Source: Daphnia carinata
Lineage: Eukaryota
Length of the DNA: 64,000 nt
NCBI RefSeq assembly: GCF_022539665.2
Contig: NC_081333.1
Coordinates: 9,176,001-9,240,000 of the forward strand
Direction of reading: 5' to 3'
The position numbers and the translations under genes are program-made. Below the pieces are notes generated by a model that saw nothing but the letters and a program-made list of their open reading frames with translations, was not told the DNA's origin and did not search any database. Of this stretch, positions 62,781-64,000 are shown piece after piece. The stretch's first letter is position 1, and each line of letters begins with the position of its first letter.

Positions 62781-63152
62781 CATATCTGGGCTCCCTTCCT
62801 TTCCGTAGCGCCGTTTCCCCTTGACTCGTAATAAGCCCGTAGGGGGTCATGCCCCTACTGTACGGTATATATAAAAATAACATATACCGAGGTTTGGAGG
62901 GCTCTGGCCGGAAAGGGGACGTGGGGGTCCGCTTAGTCCGATGATGTGTTCACGGAGGGCGACGTGGCTATCCACAAATCCGAACTAAAGGTTAATCGCT
63001 CCAGTAAAAATGTTCCATATCTTCGACTCTTCTTCCGGCTTCTCTTAGCCAATCACCGGGTAATCTCCCCGGTGGGTCAACAAGGCAGTGTCTCCCCCTG
63101 CCTGGGTTGACGGCAACTTTTGAAAGGGCTATTGTGCCTTTTTAAAGTTGCA
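62781..63152. other. GC-rich island of tandem hairpins, identity unknown
   Basis: At least six stems seen directly (see findings); sharply more GC-rich than the flanks. Confidence 0.6.
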
Positions 63153-63446
63153 AAAATAATTGTAATGTGCAGAGAATTGTCAATAAAATTTTTTTTATAA
63201 AATATTTTTTGCAAAATTCGTTTCTTTCATTGTCTGTATTCGCTGTGTTCACACGTTACACTTCTTATATTTAGCTTGCTTAATTCACCTTTATTGTTTT
63301 TGTCACCTTTGATGGTAAGCATTGTTTCCATTGGTTTATCGTTTATCTGTAAGTATTATTTATTACACTCTTTGAATTGTTCAACTTAGATTCAAGGAAC
63401 AATCTGGATATTTTATGAAGTAATTTTGTATTTTGTTTTACTGGTA

Positions 63447-63505
63447 TGGGAACCGATCCCCAGACATTCAGCGTGCAACGCCGATGCTCTAACATTGAGC
63501 CACGA
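63447..63505 (-). mobile_element. tRNA-derived SINE-like / pseudo-tRNA copy
   Basis: Minus strand TCGTGGCTCAATGTTAGAGCATCGGCGTTGCACGCTGAATGTCTGGGGATCGGTTCCC followed by an A-rich tail; D-arm and anticodon arm present, B-box degenerate. Confidence 0.6.
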
Positions 63506-63605
63506 GATATATTTAAATTTTTTATTATCGCATATCATATGTTATCGTCTAGGATGTTTATGCAGTCTTTCACAACTATATGTTTATCTTTCTATTGCTT
63601 CCATA

Positions 63606-63672
63606 AGGTTCTTAGCTCTGTGGTAGAGCTTTTATCTGCGATACCTGTTACCCTGGGTTCAAACCTCAGTAG
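63606..63672 (+). mobile_element. tRNA-derived SINE-like / pseudo-tRNA copy
   Basis: TAGCTCTGTGGTAGAGC (A-box/D-arm) and CTGGGTTCAAACCTCAG (intact T-arm/B-box); anticodon and acceptor stems do not pair. Confidence 0.6.
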
Positions 63673-63796
63673 ATGTGTAAAAATGAAGTAGAATATTGTA
63701 CAAGAGTATATTGCAGAATTGCATTTCAGTTTTATTCTAAGTGTAAATGCAAGTCCACAAGTGACTAGAAAAAAAAGCCAACTTAAAACATATGAT

Positions 63797-63860
63797 TCGT
63801 GGCTCATTGGTAGAGCATCGGCGAGGTATGCCGAACATCCAGGGTTCGATCCCTGGATAA
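63797..63860 (+). mobile_element. tRNA-derived SINE-like / pseudo-tRNA copy
   Basis: TGGCTCATTGGTAGAGC (A-box), stem TCGGC-gaggtat-GCCGA, CCAGGGTTCGATCCCTGG (B-box with a 6-nt T loop); no acceptor stem. Confidence 0.65.
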
Positions 63861-64000
63861 TAATAGAATGCTTACAGATAAACGATAAACCAATACCCGT
63901 CACCTTACCATCAAATGTGACAAAAACAAATAAAGCAAAGCCAAAAAAAAAAATTGATTAATGTAATGTGTGAACAAAGCTAACACAGACAATGAAAGAA

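Noticed and set aside
62985..62996. Telomerase RNA template within the hairpin island
   Set aside because: Only TAACCT (minus strand) matches the CCTAA repeat, too short to support the call.
63797..63860. Functional tRNA-Thr(GGT) gene
   Set aside because: No acceptor stem, 6-nt T loop, no U33 in the anticodon loop; treated as a tRNA-derived repeat.
1..64000. Prokaryotic-type systems (CRISPR arrays, operons, defence islands)
   Set aside because: The sequence is spliceosomal-intron-containing animal DNA; no repeat-spacer arrays or intronless bacterial-like gene clusters were seen.

Overview
Eukaryotic, intron-rich, AT-rich genomic DNA with many homopolymer runs. The ~60-80 nt introns and gene content suggest a branchiopod crustacean, most likely Daphnia (inference). 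I reconstructed 11 spliced protein-coding genes by hand: tafazzin, RpL23A with an H1-like N-terminal extension, a TMEM121/CECR6-like gene, a small secreted Gly/Tyr/Asn-rich protein, maelstrom, SRP receptor alpha, a C1orf53-like gene, cyclin D, laminin beta-1, PIG-W and MCM10. A decayed multi-exon gene lies at the right end. Main non-obvious observations: (1) two paralogous box C/D snoRNAs in RpL23A introns, both guiding the 28S site that human SNORD79 methylates; (2) a frame break in the last cyclin D exon that separates the C-terminal TPTD degron from the rest of the protein; (3) a candidate spliced non-coding transcript between tafazzin and RpL23A, plus a cryptic exon downstream of the RpL23A stop; (4) an unexplained ~370 bp GC-rich island of tandem hairpins near 62.8-63.15 kb, next to a cluster of tRNA-derived SINE-like copies; (5) a possible alternative laminin first exon lacking a signal peptide. 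Exon boundaries were read by eye and may be a few nt off. No database searches were run.
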